From assembly GCA_018897555.1 (NCBI GenBank), contig JAHIKK010000034.1, positions 4,527-68,526 of the forward strand: DNA of 64,000 nucleotides, written 5' to 3'. The DNA comes from Candidatus Omnitrophota bacterium. Lineage in GTDB: Bacteria > Omnitrophota > Gorgyraeia > Gygaellales > Profunditerraquicolaceae. The position numbers were made by a program, and so were the translations under genes. Numbering within the stretch: position 1 is the stretch's first letter; every line of letters begins with the position of its first letter. The notes beneath the pieces are model-generated. The model made no database searches. It was not told where the DNA came from and was given only the letters and a program-made list of their open reading frames with translations. Below are positions 54,811 through 64,000 of this stretch, piece after piece.

Positions 54811-55678
54811 ATATTTCTTGTCTGAAACCAAACCTAAGCTTAACCCCGGGGAACTAAAATCAATCATTAAGCGCGCGCTTACGGAAGATATCGGCCGGGG
54901 TGATATTACCACACAGCTAAATATCCCCAAAGACATCTGTATCCGGGCTGAAATTATCGCCCAAGAAGATTTCTTGCTTTGCGGCATTGATCTGGCGGGC
55001 GATGTATTTAAAACCGTAGACCCGGGCTTAAAATTCGCCCCAAAGATCAAAGAGGGCAGGAGAGCCCGCAATAAGGATACTCTGGCGATTATCTCAGGAA
55101 AGGCGGGCAGTATTCTTACGGCGGAGCGCGTGGCCTTAAATTTATTATCATTACTTTCCGGGATTGCCACCAAAACATTTAAGTTTGTTAAACGGATAGA
55201 GCCCTTTAAATCCAAAATTACCGATACGCGTAAAACTTTTCCCGGCTTAAGGGCCCTGGAGAAATATGCGGTTAGAATCGGCTCAGGCTATAATCACCGC
55301 ATGCGCCTGGATGAAATGGTGCTGATTAAAGATAATCATTTAAAAATTATGGGAGGGTATTCTCAACTGCTCAAGGTGCCCAAAGGATGTAAAATTGAAA
55401 TCGAAACTCAAAACTTAAAAGAATTTTTACGAGCTTTAAGTTTTAGGCCGGATATCATTATGCTGGATAACATGAAGATTCGGGATATTCAAAAGGCGGT
55501 AAACATTAGGAATAATCTTAAATTTAATGGCCGACGCTGCCCTACCTTACTCGAGGCAAGCGGAGGCATACACCTGGGCAACGTAAGAAAATACGCCGCA
55601 ACCGGAGTGGAAATAATTTCAATCGGAGAACTAACCGATTCGATAGAATCCGTGGATATCAGCTTAGCCGTAGTCTAA
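54797..55678 (+). CDS. nadC: Quinolinate phosphoribosyltransferase
   Basis: EDIGRGDITT, ERVALN, DTRKT, HR..LIKDNH, IMLDNM and EASGG motifs. Confidence 0.96.
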   Translation: MAYAKYFLSETKPKLNPGELKSIIKRALTEDIGRGDITTQLNIPKDICIRAEIIAQEDFLLCGIDLAGDVFKTVDPGLKFAPKIKEGRRARNKDTLAIISGKAGSILTAERVALNLLSLLSGIATKTFKFVKRIEPFKSKITDTRKTFPGLRALEKYAVRIGSGYNHRMRLDEMVLIKDNHLKIMGGYSQLLKVPKGCKIEIETQNLKEFLRALSFRPDIIMLDNMKIRDIQKAVNIRNNLKFNGRRCPTLLEASGGIHLGNVRKYAATGVEIISIGELTDSIESVDISLAVV

Positions 55679-55687
55679 AATGTTCTG

Positions 55688-57661
55688 ATGAATAAGTTTA
55701 AACTTGTTTCTAGTTTCTCACCCTGCGGCGACCAGCCTAAAGCAATACAAGCACTCTCTAAATCCATCCTGGCTAAGCAGCGTTATTTAACGCTTTTGGG
55801 GGTTACCGGCAGCGGTAAAACCTTTACCCTGGCTAATGTTATCGCCAAAGTAAACTTGCCGACGCTGATCATCTCGCACAATAAAACCTTAGCCGCCCAG
55901 CTTTATGCTGAATTTAAAGAATTTTTCCCGCATAATGCGGTTGAATATTTCGTAAGTTACTACGATTACTACCAGCCGGAAGCCTATATCCCTTCTACGG
56001 ACACTTACATCGAAAAGGATTCTTCAATTAATGAACGCCTGGACCGTTTGCGGCTTTCCGCGACTACCTCCTTAATCAGCCGGCCGGATGTGATTGTCGT
56101 GGCTTCCGTTTCCTGTATTTATAATTTAGGCTCACCGCAGGACTACCAAGAAATGCTGGTAATTTTAAATAAGGGCACCTCTATCTTGCGGGATGAATTA
56201 ATCGCTAAACTCATTCAGATTCAATATGAACGTAATGATTATGAATTTAAGCGGGGAAAAATCAGGGTGCGCGGAGATACCGTGGAAATATTCCCAGCTT
56301 ACAGCCAACAAGCGCTGCGCCTGGAATTAACCCAAGACAAAATATCTCAAATTTCAGTAATCGACCCGGTATCGGCAAAAATAATCAACCGGATCAATCG
56401 GGTAGCTATTTATCCGGCCAAGCATTTTATCGCCTCCGGGAATAGAATCCAGGCGGCGATAAGTTCGATAAAAGAAGAGCTGGCTGCCCGGTTAAAAGAA
56501 TTACGGGAAGAAAATAAATTATTGGCGGCCCAGCGCCTGGAGTCGCGCACAAACTATGATTTGGAGATGCTTAAAGAAATCGGATATTGTCACGGAATAG
56601 AAAATTATTCGCGCCATTTGAATGGTTCTGTAGCCGGATCCCGGCCGTCGACAATGATGGATTATTTCGGCGGAGATTTCTTAACAATTATTGATGAATC
56701 ACATGCCACTCTCCCGCAAATAAGAGGGATGTATGCCGGTGACCGGGCCAGAAAAGAGACGCTCGTAAATTACGGATTCAGGCTGCCTTCATGCCTGGAT
56801 AACCGTCCGCTAAAATTTAATGAATTTAACCGCCTGGTAAAACAATTAATCTTTGTTTCCGCTACCCCTGATGAATATGAATTAACCTTAAGTACCAATA
56901 AAATTACTGAGCAGATTATCCGCCCTACCGGGTTAATTGATCCGGAGATCATCGTTAAGCCTACAGCCGGGCAAATTGAAGATTTGATTCTACAGATAAA
57001 GCAGCGGGCAAAAAATAATCAACGCGTCCTGGTAACCACATTAACCAAAAGGTCAAGCGAAGACCTGGCCCATTATCTTACGGAGCAGGGAATAAGAGTA
57101 AAATATTTACATTCTGAAATACAAACCATCCAACGCTCGGTGATCCTTAAAGAACTGCGCGAAAAAAAATTTGACTGCCTGGTAGGAATTAACCTTCTCC
57201 GAGAAGGCCTGGATTTACCGGAAGTTTCATTAGTGGCCATTCTGGATGCCGATAAAGAAGGGTTCTTGCGCAGTGCTACCGCGCTTATTCAGGTAGGTGG
57301 CCGCGCTGCCCGCAACTTAAACGGCACGGTAATCATGTATGCCGATACGATCACCAAATCGATGAAAAAAGCAATTGACGAAAGCAAACGGCGCAGAATC
57401 ATACAGATGAAATTTAACCGGAAAAATAAAATTACCCCGCGTTCTATTCGTACGGCCATCAAAAAAGGTATCCAAGATTCAAACGAAACCCAGGAGTTTG
57501 TGCAAGGGCTAACCGGAGAACCACTCGAGCAATACCAGTTGCATAAATATATTACTGAGTTAGAATATGAAATGGAGTTGGCCGCCCGGAACTTACAATT
57601 TGAAAAAGCCGCCGGCTTAAGGGATAAAGTTAAGGAGTTACGCGATGCTACTGGCCATTGA
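55688..57661 (+). CDS. uvrB: Excinuclease ABC subunit B
   Basis: [26 protein letters not shown] and [14 protein letters not shown] motifs; C-terminal UVR domain. Confidence 0.97.
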   Translation: MNKFKLVSSFSPCGDQPKAIQALSKSILAKQRYLTLLGVTGSGKTFTLANVIAKVNLPTLIISHNKTLAAQLYAEFKEFFPHNAVEYFVSYYDYYQPEAYIPSTDTYIEKDSSINERLDRLRLSATTSLISRPDVIVVASVSCIYNLGSPQDYQEMLVILNKGTSILRDELIAKLIQIQYERNDYEFKRGKIRVRGDTVEIFPAYSQQALRLELTQDKISQISVIDPVSAKIINRINRVAIYPAKHFIASGNRIQAAISSIKEELAARLKELREENKLLAAQRLESRTNYDLEMLKEIGYCHGIENYSRHLNGSVAGSRPSTMMDYFGGDFLTIIDESHATLPQIRGMYAGDRARKETLVNYGFRLPSCLDNRPLKFNEFNRLVKQLIFVSATPDEYELTLSTNKITEQIIRPTGLIDPEIIVKPTAGQIEDLILQIKQRAKNNQRVLVTTLTKRSSEDLAHYLTEQGIRVKYLHSEIQTIQRSVILKELREKKFDCLVGINLLREGLDLPEVSLVAILDADKEGFLRSATALIQVGGRAARNLNGTVIMYADTITKSMKKAIDESKRRRIIQMKFNRKNKITPRSIRTAIKKGIQDSNETQEFVQGLTGEPLEQYQLHKYITELEYEMELAARNLQFEKAAGLRDKVKELRDATGH

Positions 57662-58415
57662 TATCGGCAATACGAATATATCCGGCGGAATATTCTCCGG
57701 AGAAAAACTAAAGCACCAGTTTGATATCGCCACTAAAAGTTATAAAAAAACAGCGTTGGCAAAAAAATTAAAAGCTTATCCTGGAATATCCGCCAGTATT
57801 ATCTGCAGCGTTGTCCCTAAGCTAACCCGAGTTATCCAACGTGACTTAAAGCTCCTTTATCGCCGAAACCCCTATATAATAGGTAAGGACTTACTCGTCC
57901 CCCTAGAAAATCGTTACCGCCTACCGCAACAAGTTGGCCAGGACCGGCTGGTAAATGCTTATGCTGCCAGCAGCTTTTATACCGGCCCTCTGATTGTTAT
58001 AGATTCCGGCACGGCCATTACCTTTGATGTAATCTCTAAAGACCGGGCATATTTAGGAGGTTTAATTTTCCCGGGAATGAATATCTCTCTGGAGGCCTTA
58101 AAAGAGAAAACCGCATTATTACCTCAAGTAAAATTAGAACAGCCGAAAATGCTTATTGGCCGGGATACCAAAAATAGCATCTTAAGCGGAGTTGTTTTTG
58201 GCACTGCCGCCTTAAGTAAAGAGTTGGCCGCAAGAATTAAACAGTATCTTGGTAAAAACGCTAAAATTATCGGCACCGGCGGCAATATTTCTTTAATCAA
58301 AAAATATTCCGGTATGAAAATAAAAATCCATAAAGACCTGACTTTAATCGGAATTAAACTTATCTATGAAAATGAAATAGCCAAAGAGAAAGCCGGATTT
58401 AGAAAAAACTCTTGA
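57645..58415 (+). CDS. coaX: Type III pantothenate kinase
   Basis: [22 protein letters not shown] and TGG motifs. Confidence 0.94.
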   Translation: MLLAIDIGNTNISGGIFSGEKLKHQFDIATKSYKKTALAKKLKAYPGISASIICSVVPKLTRVIQRDLKLLYRRNPYIIGKDLLVPLENRYRLPQQVGQDRLVNAYAASSFYTGPLIVIDSGTAITFDVISKDRAYLGGLIFPGMNISLEALKEKTALLPQVKLEQPKMLIGRDTKNSILSGVVFGTAALSKELAARIKQYLGKNAKIIGTGGNISLIKKYSGMKIKIHKDLTLIGIKLIYENEIAKEKAGFRKNS

Positions 58416-58465
58416 CAAGAAATTTTTTTTCTATATAATTAGCACTCTAGAGAAAAGAGTGCCAA
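58412..58465 (+). promoter_or_regulatory. groESL sigma-70 promoter overlapped by a CIRCE (HrcA operator)
   Basis: TTGACA (58412)-N16-TATAAT, then TTAGCACTC-N9-GAGTGCCAA (58439-58465), one mismatch to the CIRCE consensus. Confidence 0.92.
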
Positions 58466-58545
58466 GTGCAAATTAATAACTGGGCAACACCCCGCGCTAA
58501 TTGGTATTGCGCGGGTGTTATGTAACTACATAAGGAGGTAACAAG

Positions 58546-58836
58546 ATGGAGATTAAACCATTGGGTGATCGCATTGTCGTTAAACCTTTAGAGGCAGAGA
58601 ATAAAAGTAAGGGCGGTATTGTCCTGCCGGATTCTGCCAAGGAAAAACCGCAAGAGGCCAAAGTGGTGGCTGTAGGCAAAGGCAAGATATTAGAGAGTGG
58701 TGCCGTTTGTGCCCCTGAAGTAAAAGTCGGAGATAAGGTAATCTTTGGAAAATATTCCGGCAATGAGTTTATTACCAAAGAAGGCGAAGAGTTGCTTATT
58801 CTGCGTGAGGAAGATATTTTAGCGATTATTAAATAA
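58546..58836 (+). CDS. groES: Co-chaperonin GroES
   Basis: [23 protein letters not shown] and EEDILAI motifs. Confidence 0.98.
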   Translation: MEIKPLGDRIVVKPLEAENKSKGGIVLPDSAKEKPQEAKVVAVGKGKILESGAVCAPEVKVGDKVIFGKYSGNEFITKEGEELLILREEDILAIIK

Positions 58837-58870
58837 GAAAAGAGGCACCTGCCTCAAATAAGGAGGATTT

Positions 58871-60508
58871 ATGGCAAAGCAATTATTGTACAGCGACGAT
58901 GCCCGTCGTAAGATTTTAAGGGGCGTAGAACAGCTGGCCGCTGCGGTAAAAGTAACTTTAGGCCCTAAGGGACGGAACGTAATCATCGACAAAAAATTTG
59001 GTTCCCCGACCATCACTAAAGATGGTGTGACTGTAGCCAAGGAAATTGATTTAGAGGATGCCTTTGAAAATATGGGCGCGCAGATGGTTAAAGAAGTTGC
59101 CGAAAAAACCTCTGACAACGCCGGTGATGGCACCACTACCGCTACCGTCTTAGCCGAAGCGATCTATCGCGAAGGTTTAAAGAACGTTACTGCCGGATCA
59201 AACCCTATGGCATTAAAACGCGGGATTGAAAAAGCAGTCATAAAAGTAGTTGAGGAACTTGGAAAGCTCTCTACTCCGATCAAAGATAAAAAAGAAATTG
59301 CTCAGGTTGCCAGCATTGCGGCTAACTCTGATACCAATATTGGAGAATTAATTGCCGAGGCCATGGATAAAGTAGGTAAGGACGGCGTAATTACCGTGGA
59401 AGAAGCAAAATCTACCGCCACTACTTTAGATGTGGTGGAAGGAATGCAGTTTGATCAGGGCTATTTATCGCCCTACTTTGTAACCGATGCCGAGAGAATG
59501 GAAGTGCTCTTAGAAGATGCCTACATTCTTATCTATGAGAAAAAGATATCTGCAATTAAAGATATCCTGCCTTTATTAGAAAAGATTGCCCGTGTAAGCA
59601 AGCCGCTTTTGATCCTTGCCGAAGAAGTTGACGGGGAAGCTTTAGCCACTTTAGTCGTTAACAAGATTCGGGGCACCTTTGTTGCCTGCGCAGTGAAAGC
59701 TCCGGGTTATGGCGACAGGCGTAAAGCCATGCTTGAAGATATCGCTATTTTAACCGGCGGTAAAGCCTTGACGGAAGATCTAGGTATCAAGCTGGAAAAT
59801 ATCGATATTGAAGACTTAGGCCGCGCTAAAAAAATAAAAATCGACAAAGAAAACACAACTATTGTTGAAGGTGCGGGTAAGAAGGCAGTGATCAATGCCA
59901 GGATCAGCCAGCTAAAGAAGCAAATTGAAGATACGGATTCAGATTATGATAAAGAGAAGCTGCAGGAACGCCTGGCTAAATTGGCCGGTGGAGTTGCCGT
60001 AATCAATGTAGGCGCAGCCACAGAAACAGAGATGAAGGAAAAAAAGGCTCGCGTTGAAGATGCCTTGCATGCAACCCGCGCAGCTACTCAGGAAGGTATT
60101 GTTCCCGGAGGCGGCGTAGCGTTTATCCGCACTATTGCGGCTTTAGATAAACTAAAGCTGGAAGGTGACGAGAAGATTGGCGTTGATATTGTAAAACGCG
60201 CTATCGAGGAACCCTTAAGACAGATCGCGCAAAACGCCGGTTTGGAAGGCTCGGTAGTAGTGCAAAGAATCAAACAAGAAAAAACCAATATCGGTTATGA
60301 TGTCAGCCAGGATGCTTATGTGGATATGATTGAAGCCGGTGTAATCGATCCTACAAAAGTAACCCGTTCAGCTTTACAGAATGCTGCCAGTATTGCCGCG
60401 TTATTACTTACCACTGAGGTTTTAATTGTAGATAAGCCTGAAAAAGATGATAAGATGCCTGGGGGTATGGGCGGAATGGGTGGCATGGGTGGTGGAGGAA
60501 TGTATTAA
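58871..60508 (+). CDS. groEL: Chaperonin GroEL
   Basis: [21 protein letters not shown] and [14 protein letters not shown]; GGM tail. Confidence 0.98.
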   Translation: MAKQLLYSDDARRKILRGVEQLAAAVKVTLGPKGRNVIIDKKFGSPTITKDGVTVAKEIDLEDAFENMGAQMVKEVAEKTSDNAGDGTTTATVLAEAIYREGLKNVTAGSNPMALKRGIEKAVIKVVEELGKLSTPIKDKKEIAQVASIAANSDTNIGELIAEAMDKVGKDGVITVEEAKSTATTLDVVEGMQFDQGYLSPYFVTDAERMEVLLEDAYILIYEKKISAIKDILPLLEKIARVSKPLLILAEEVDGEALATLVVNKIRGTFVACAVKAPGYGDRRKAMLEDIAILTGGKALTEDLGIKLENIDIEDLGRAKKIKIDKENTTIVEGAGKKAVINARISQLKKQIEDTDSDYDKEKLQERLAKLAGGVAVINVGAATETEMKEKKARVEDALHATRAATQEGIVPGGGVAFIRTIAALDKLKLEGDEKIGVDIVKRAIEEPLRQIAQNAGLEGSVVVQRIKQEKTNIGYDVSQDAYVDMIEAGVIDPTKVTRSALQNAASIAALLLTTEVLIVDKPEKDDKMPGGMGGMGGMGGGGMY

Positions 60509-60510
60509 AC

Positions 60511-60538
60511 AGCTGTAAGCCATAAGTTGTAAGCTGTA
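60511..60538. repeat. Short heptamer tandem repeat (4 copies)
   Basis: AGCTGTA-AGCCATA-AGTTGTA-AGCTGTA. Confidence 0.65.
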
Positions 60539-60545
60539 AAATAAA

Positions 60546-60597
60546 GGGGACGGTTCTATTTTTTCGAGTTTAATTCCAGATAAATAGAACCGTCCCC
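60546..60597. repeat. Palindromic element family A variant (copy 5)
   Basis: 16-bp perfect arms GGGGACGGTTCTATTT / AAATAGAACCGTCCCC with a 20-nt loop. Confidence 0.88.
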
Positions 60598-60615
60598 GTG
60601 TTTTTTAAATATATC

Positions 60616-60644
60616 TTGACAAATACCTCAGTTTAATATAAAAT
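60616..60644 (+). promoter_or_regulatory. Putative sigma-70 promoter for guaB3-guaA-dnaE
   Basis: TTGACA-N17-TAAAAT. Confidence 0.7.
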
Positions 60645-60737
60645 TATTAATCCTTTCAGCGATAATCCCAAGGTGAGGCAAATATTCATAACTTATTGCA
60701 AAACAAGGGTTTAATATCATAATAAGGAGAATTTAAG

Positions 60738-61898
60738 ATGGCGGAATGGATCGGTATAAACAGGCGCGCAAGAAGATGTTATGGCTTTGATGAGGTAGCC
60801 TTAGTTCCCGGAAGCCAAACCGTTAATCCTAATGAGGTAGACACGAGTTTTAAATTTAATGGAAAAAAAATTAAAATACCCATCTTAGCCGCAGCCATGG
60901 ATGGAGTGGTAGATGTAAAGTTTGCTATTGAAATGTCGCGTTTAGGCGGGATTGCGGTTTTAAACCTCGATGGTATACAGACCCGTTATGAAAATCCGGA
61001 TGAAGTACTCAAAGAAATATCCCAAGCTACTCCCCAAAAAGCTACAGAATTAATTCAAGCGGTTTATTCCACGCCCATCAAAGAAAAGCTGGTCACTAAA
61101 AGAGTCGCCCAAATTAAAAAAGCCGGAGCGATGGCGGTGGTTAGCTGTATTCCGGCTAATGCCGAAAAATTTTCGAAATTAACCATTGCTGCCGGGGTAG
61201 ATATTTTTATCATCCAGTCCACCGTGGCCACACTTAAGCATCTCTCTAAAGAATATAAAACATTGGATCTGGTCAAGTTTTGTAAGTCTGTAAAAATTCC
61301 GGTCATCCTGGGAAATTGCGTAACCTATGAAACAACCCTGGAACTTATGGGAACAGGGGCCAGCGGCTTACTCGTCGGAATAGGTCCGGGTGCTGCCTGC
61401 ACTACGCGCGGCGTATTAGGTATCGGAGTCCCCCAGGTTACAGCTACCGTGGATGCCGCGGGAGCACGCGATTTTTATTTTAAACGCACGGGAAAATATG
61501 TTTCGATTATTACTGACGGCGGAATGAACCGCGGCGGAGATATCTGTAAGGCCTTTGCCTGCGGAGCAGATGCCGTAATGATCGGCTCAAGTTTTGCCCG
61601 CGCCAAAGAAGCTCCCGGAAGAGGATTTCATTGGGGCATGGCTACTTCCCATGTTAATTTACCCCGCGGAACCCGGATTCAAGTGGGTACCACCGGCGCG
61701 TTAAAAGATATTTTACTCGGGCCGGCAAAAGTTGATGACGGCTCGCAGAACCTCCTGGGCGCTTTGAAAACTTCCATGGGTTCATTGGGAGCATCAAACA
61801 TAAAAGAAATGCATGATGTAGAGATAATCATTGCTCCTTCAATCCAAACTGAAGGCAAAATTTTCCAGGTAGGCCAAAGAGTAGGAATGGGGAAATAA
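60738..61898 (+). CDS. GuaB3-family IMP dehydrogenase-related protein (no CBS domains)
   Basis: [20 protein letters not shown], catalytic [15 protein letters not shown] and WGMATSH.NLPRG; precedes guaA. Confidence 0.9.
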   Translation: MAEWIGINRRARRCYGFDEVALVPGSQTVNPNEVDTSFKFNGKKIKIPILAAAMDGVVDVKFAIEMSRLGGIAVLNLDGIQTRYENPDEVLKEISQATPQKATELIQAVYSTPIKEKLVTKRVAQIKKAGAMAVVSCIPANAEKFSKLTIAAGVDIFIIQSTVATLKHLSKEYKTLDLVKFCKSVKIPVILGNCVTYETTLELMGTGASGLLVGIGPGAACTTRGVLGIGVPQVTATVDAAGARDFYFKRTGKYVSIITDGGMNRGGDICKAFACGADAVMIGSSFARAKEAPGRGFHWGMATSHVNLPRGTRIQVGTTGALKDILLGPAKVDDGSQNLLGALKTSMGSLGASNIKEMHDVEIIIAPSIQTEGKIFQVGQRVGMGK

Positions 61899-61899
61899 A

Positions 61900-63489
61900 A
61901 TGAAGAAAAAAGTCAAGTTAAAAAAACCACAGGAAAAGAAGAACGGAATGACCAGGCAAATAATAGTAATTTTGGATTTTGGTTCGCAATATACGCAATT
62001 AATCGCCCGCCGTGTAAGAGAAAATAAAGTTTTCTCAATAATTATTCCTTACAATACCCCGGCCAAAGAGATTGCCGTGTTAAATCCAAAAGGGATCATT
62101 CTCTCCGGCGGCCCGGCTTCAGTGATCGATAAGAAATCACCTTATCCTGACCTGGGTATCTTTAAGTTAGGTGTACCGATATTGGGTATCTGCTACGGAA
62201 TGCAGGTTATCTGCGAGCTGTTAGGAGGCAAGGTCAGGCATACCCGCGAGCGTGAATATGGAAAAGTAGAATTATTTATTGATGACAACCGGGATCTTTT
62301 CAGCCACCTGCCGGGTAATTTTACCTGCTGGGCCAGCCATGGGGATTATGTAACCAAAATGCCCTCCGGATTCCACACCATCGGGCATACTACCAATACC
62401 CCGATTGCGGCAATCTCTAACCAAAAAAGAAAAATATTTGCCGTGCAGTTCCATCCGGAAGTAACGCATACGGAAAAAGGCAATCAGATCTTAAGTAATT
62501 TTTTATTTAAAGCTTGCGGCGCCTCCAGTAGATGGACGATGCAATCCTTTATTAAAGAATCGATTGAGAATATTAAAAAAATCATCGGCAAAGATAGAGT
62601 AGTTTTGGGTTTAAGCGGCGGGGTGGATTCATCTGTGGCGGCTTTGTTAATTCACAAAGCCATCGGTAAAAATTTACGCTGTATTTTTATCGATAACGGA
62701 CTGCTCAGAAAAGGTGAAGCCGCGCAGGTCAAGAGCGTTTTTAAAGACTTCTACCATCTTAATTTAAGCTATGTTGACAGAAGCAAAAGATTCCTTGAAC
62801 GCTTAAAAGGGATAACGGATCCGGAGGAAAAAAGAAAGATCATCGGAGATGAATTCATTAAAGTATTTGAAGAAGAGGCAAAAAAAACCAAAGGGGTAAA
62901 GTTTTTGGGCCAAGGCACTCTTTATCCGGATGTAATCGAATCTATCTCACCTACGGGCGGGCCAAGCAGAAAAATTAAAAGCCATCACAATGTCGGAGGC
63001 TTACCTGCGCAGATGAAGCTTAAACTTATTGAGCCTTTACGGGAATTATTTAAAGACGAAGCGCGTCAAATCGGCAGTCAGTTAGGATTACCGGAAAATA
63101 TCATTCAGCGTCAGCCGTTTCCCGGCCCGGGGCTGGCGGTAAGAATTATCGGAGAAATTAATCTTAGCCGGCTTGAGCTTCTGCGCGAAGCAGATAAACG
63201 CGTGATTGAAGAAATTTCAAAAGCCGGGCTATATGATCAAATCTGGCAGTCCTTCGCCGTATTACTCCCCATTAAAAGCGTGGGAATAATGGGTGATGAG
63301 CGCACCTATGAAAATGTCTGCGCCTTACGCTGCGTATCCAGTTTTGACGGTATGACTGCGGATTGGGTAAAACTTCCTTATGAAGTTATGGAAAAGATCT
63401 CCAATCGTATCATCAATGAAGTAAAAGGAATCAACCGGGTAGTTTACGATATAAGCTCTAAGCCTCCGGCAACCATAGAGTGGGAATAA
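61900..63489 (+). CDS. guaA: GMP synthase (glutamine-hydrolysing)
   Basis: [37 protein letters not shown] and KPPATIEWE motifs. Confidence 0.98.
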   Translation: MKKKVKLKKPQEKKNGMTRQIIVILDFGSQYTQLIARRVRENKVFSIIIPYNTPAKEIAVLNPKGIILSGGPASVIDKKSPYPDLGIFKLGVPILGICYGMQVICELLGGKVRHTREREYGKVELFIDDNRDLFSHLPGNFTCWASHGDYVTKMPSGFHTIGHTTNTPIAAISNQKRKIFAVQFHPEVTHTEKGNQILSNFLFKACGASSRWTMQSFIKESIENIKKIIGKDRVVLGLSGGVDSSVAALLIHKAIGKNLRCIFIDNGLLRKGEAAQVKSVFKDFYHLNLSYVDRSKRFLERLKGITDPEEKRKIIGDEFIKVFEEEAKKTKGVKFLGQGTLYPDVIESISPTGGPSRKIKSHHNVGGLPAQMKLKLIEPLRELFKDEARQIGSQLGLPENIIQRQPFPGPGLAVRIIGEINLSRLELLREADKRVIEEISKAGLYDQIWQSFAVLLPIKSVGIMGDERTYENVCALRCVSSFDGMTADWVKLPYEVMEKISNRIINEVKGINRVVYDISSKPPATIEWE

Positions 63490-63507
63490 ATTAGCTAAGT
63501 ACCTGCA

Positions 63508-64000
63508 ATGCCACACTCTGAATTCGTCCACCTCCACCTGCACACGCAATACAGCCTTCTTGATGGAGCCTGCCGTATACCGGAGATACTCGCCATTGCT
63601 AAAAGTTTCAAAATGGATTCTTTGGCCATCACCGATCATGGCAGCATGTTCGGGGCTATTGATTTCTATCTCGAAGCGCAAAAAACAGGAATCAAACCCA
63701 TCATTGGCTGTGAAGTTTACGTTGCCCCGCAAAGCCGCTTGGAGAAAAAAAGCGGCGGCATAGAAGATGCCGCTAATCACCTAATTCTTTTAGCCCGCAA
63801 TGAAGAGGGGTATCATAATCTGATGAAGCTGGTCTCCATCGGTTATCTGGAAGGATTCTATTACCGGCCGCGGATTGATAAAGAGGTTCTCGCCCAACAT
63901 TCCGCCGGATTGATCGGCTTATCTGCCTGCCTTAAAGGAGAAATTCCCTGCTTGATACTGCAAAAACGTTTTAACGACGCAATAAAAGCCGCGGACACTT
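63508..64000 (+). CDS. dnaE: DNA polymerase III alpha subunit, 3'-truncated by the window edge (not in the ORF track)
   Basis: Own translation: MPHSEFVHLHLHTQYSLLDGA..AITDHG..IKPIIGCEVY..HLILLARN..FYYRPRID..LSACLKGE (PHP domain). Confidence 0.96.
   Translation, partial: MPHSEFVHLHLHTQYSLLDGACRIPEILAIAKSFKMDSLAITDHGSMFGAIDFYLEAQKTGIKPIIGCEVYVAPQSRLEKKSGGIEDAANHLILLARNEEGYHNLMKLVSIGYLEGFYYRPRIDKEVLAQHSAGLIGLSACLKGEIPCLILQKRFNDAIKAADT

Noticed and set aside
58486-58856. Small hairpins in the groES leader (58486-58519) and groES-groEL spacer (GAGGCA-cc-TGCCTC)
   Set aside because: They are short or imperfect with no convincing second copy and cannot be assigned to a repeat family or function
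60460-60505. GGN-ATG repeats at the groEL 3' end
   Set aside because: This is the standard GGM tail of GroEL
16266-60597. Palindrome family A as CRISPR repeats or integron attC sites
   Set aside because: Copies are kilobases apart with no spacer array or cas genes; arms are perfect, without attC extrahelical bases or RYYYAAC/GTTRRRY ends; no intI in the window
60645-60737. Purine riboswitch in the guaB3-guaA leader
   Set aside because: No purine-aptamer consensus or terminator/anti-terminator is visible
156-63780. Numerous 60-160 aa antisense or out-of-frame ORFs nested in core genes
   Set aside because: They lie opposite or within well-conserved genes and show no recognisable motifs

Overview
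A 64 kb, gene-dense stretch of bacterial core chromosome, almost entirely on the + strand. It runs from the 3' end of rpoD to the 5' end of dnaE. The gene content (corrinoid Fe-S protein module, GH161-like phosphorylase, stand-alone PilZ proteins, GuaB3, archaeal-type ThyA, CIRCE-controlled groESL) would fit an anaerobic PVC-type lineage such as Omnitrophota, but that assignment is inference. The window holds about 60 CDSs, 7 tRNAs (none with encoded CCA) and RNase P RNA. No transposase, integrase, phage gene or CRISPR array was seen. Two things stand out. (1) Several families of short palindromic REP-like elements. One family (GGGACCGTTTCTATTTTT..AAAAATAGAAACGGTCCC and a GGGGACGGTTCT variant) sits at gene-module boundaries and brackets one of the two minus-strand genes, the GH161-like phosphorylase. 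Other elements are inserted in frame inside valS (twice, one nested with a 4-bp flanking duplication), inside RNase P RNA, and behind tRNA-Thr with a 34-bp duplicated tRNA 3' end. (2) A tightly packed mgtC / bactofilin-excisionase-HTH fusion / membrane-anchored HTH gene trio, a candidate DNA-cytoskeleton-membrane tether, directly upstream of larB and an acsC-RACo-acsD-acsE module that has no acsA/acsB beside it. A 40-aa CdaR-like membrane peptide missed by the ORF track was also found. All family assignments come from motif recognition; no database search was run.
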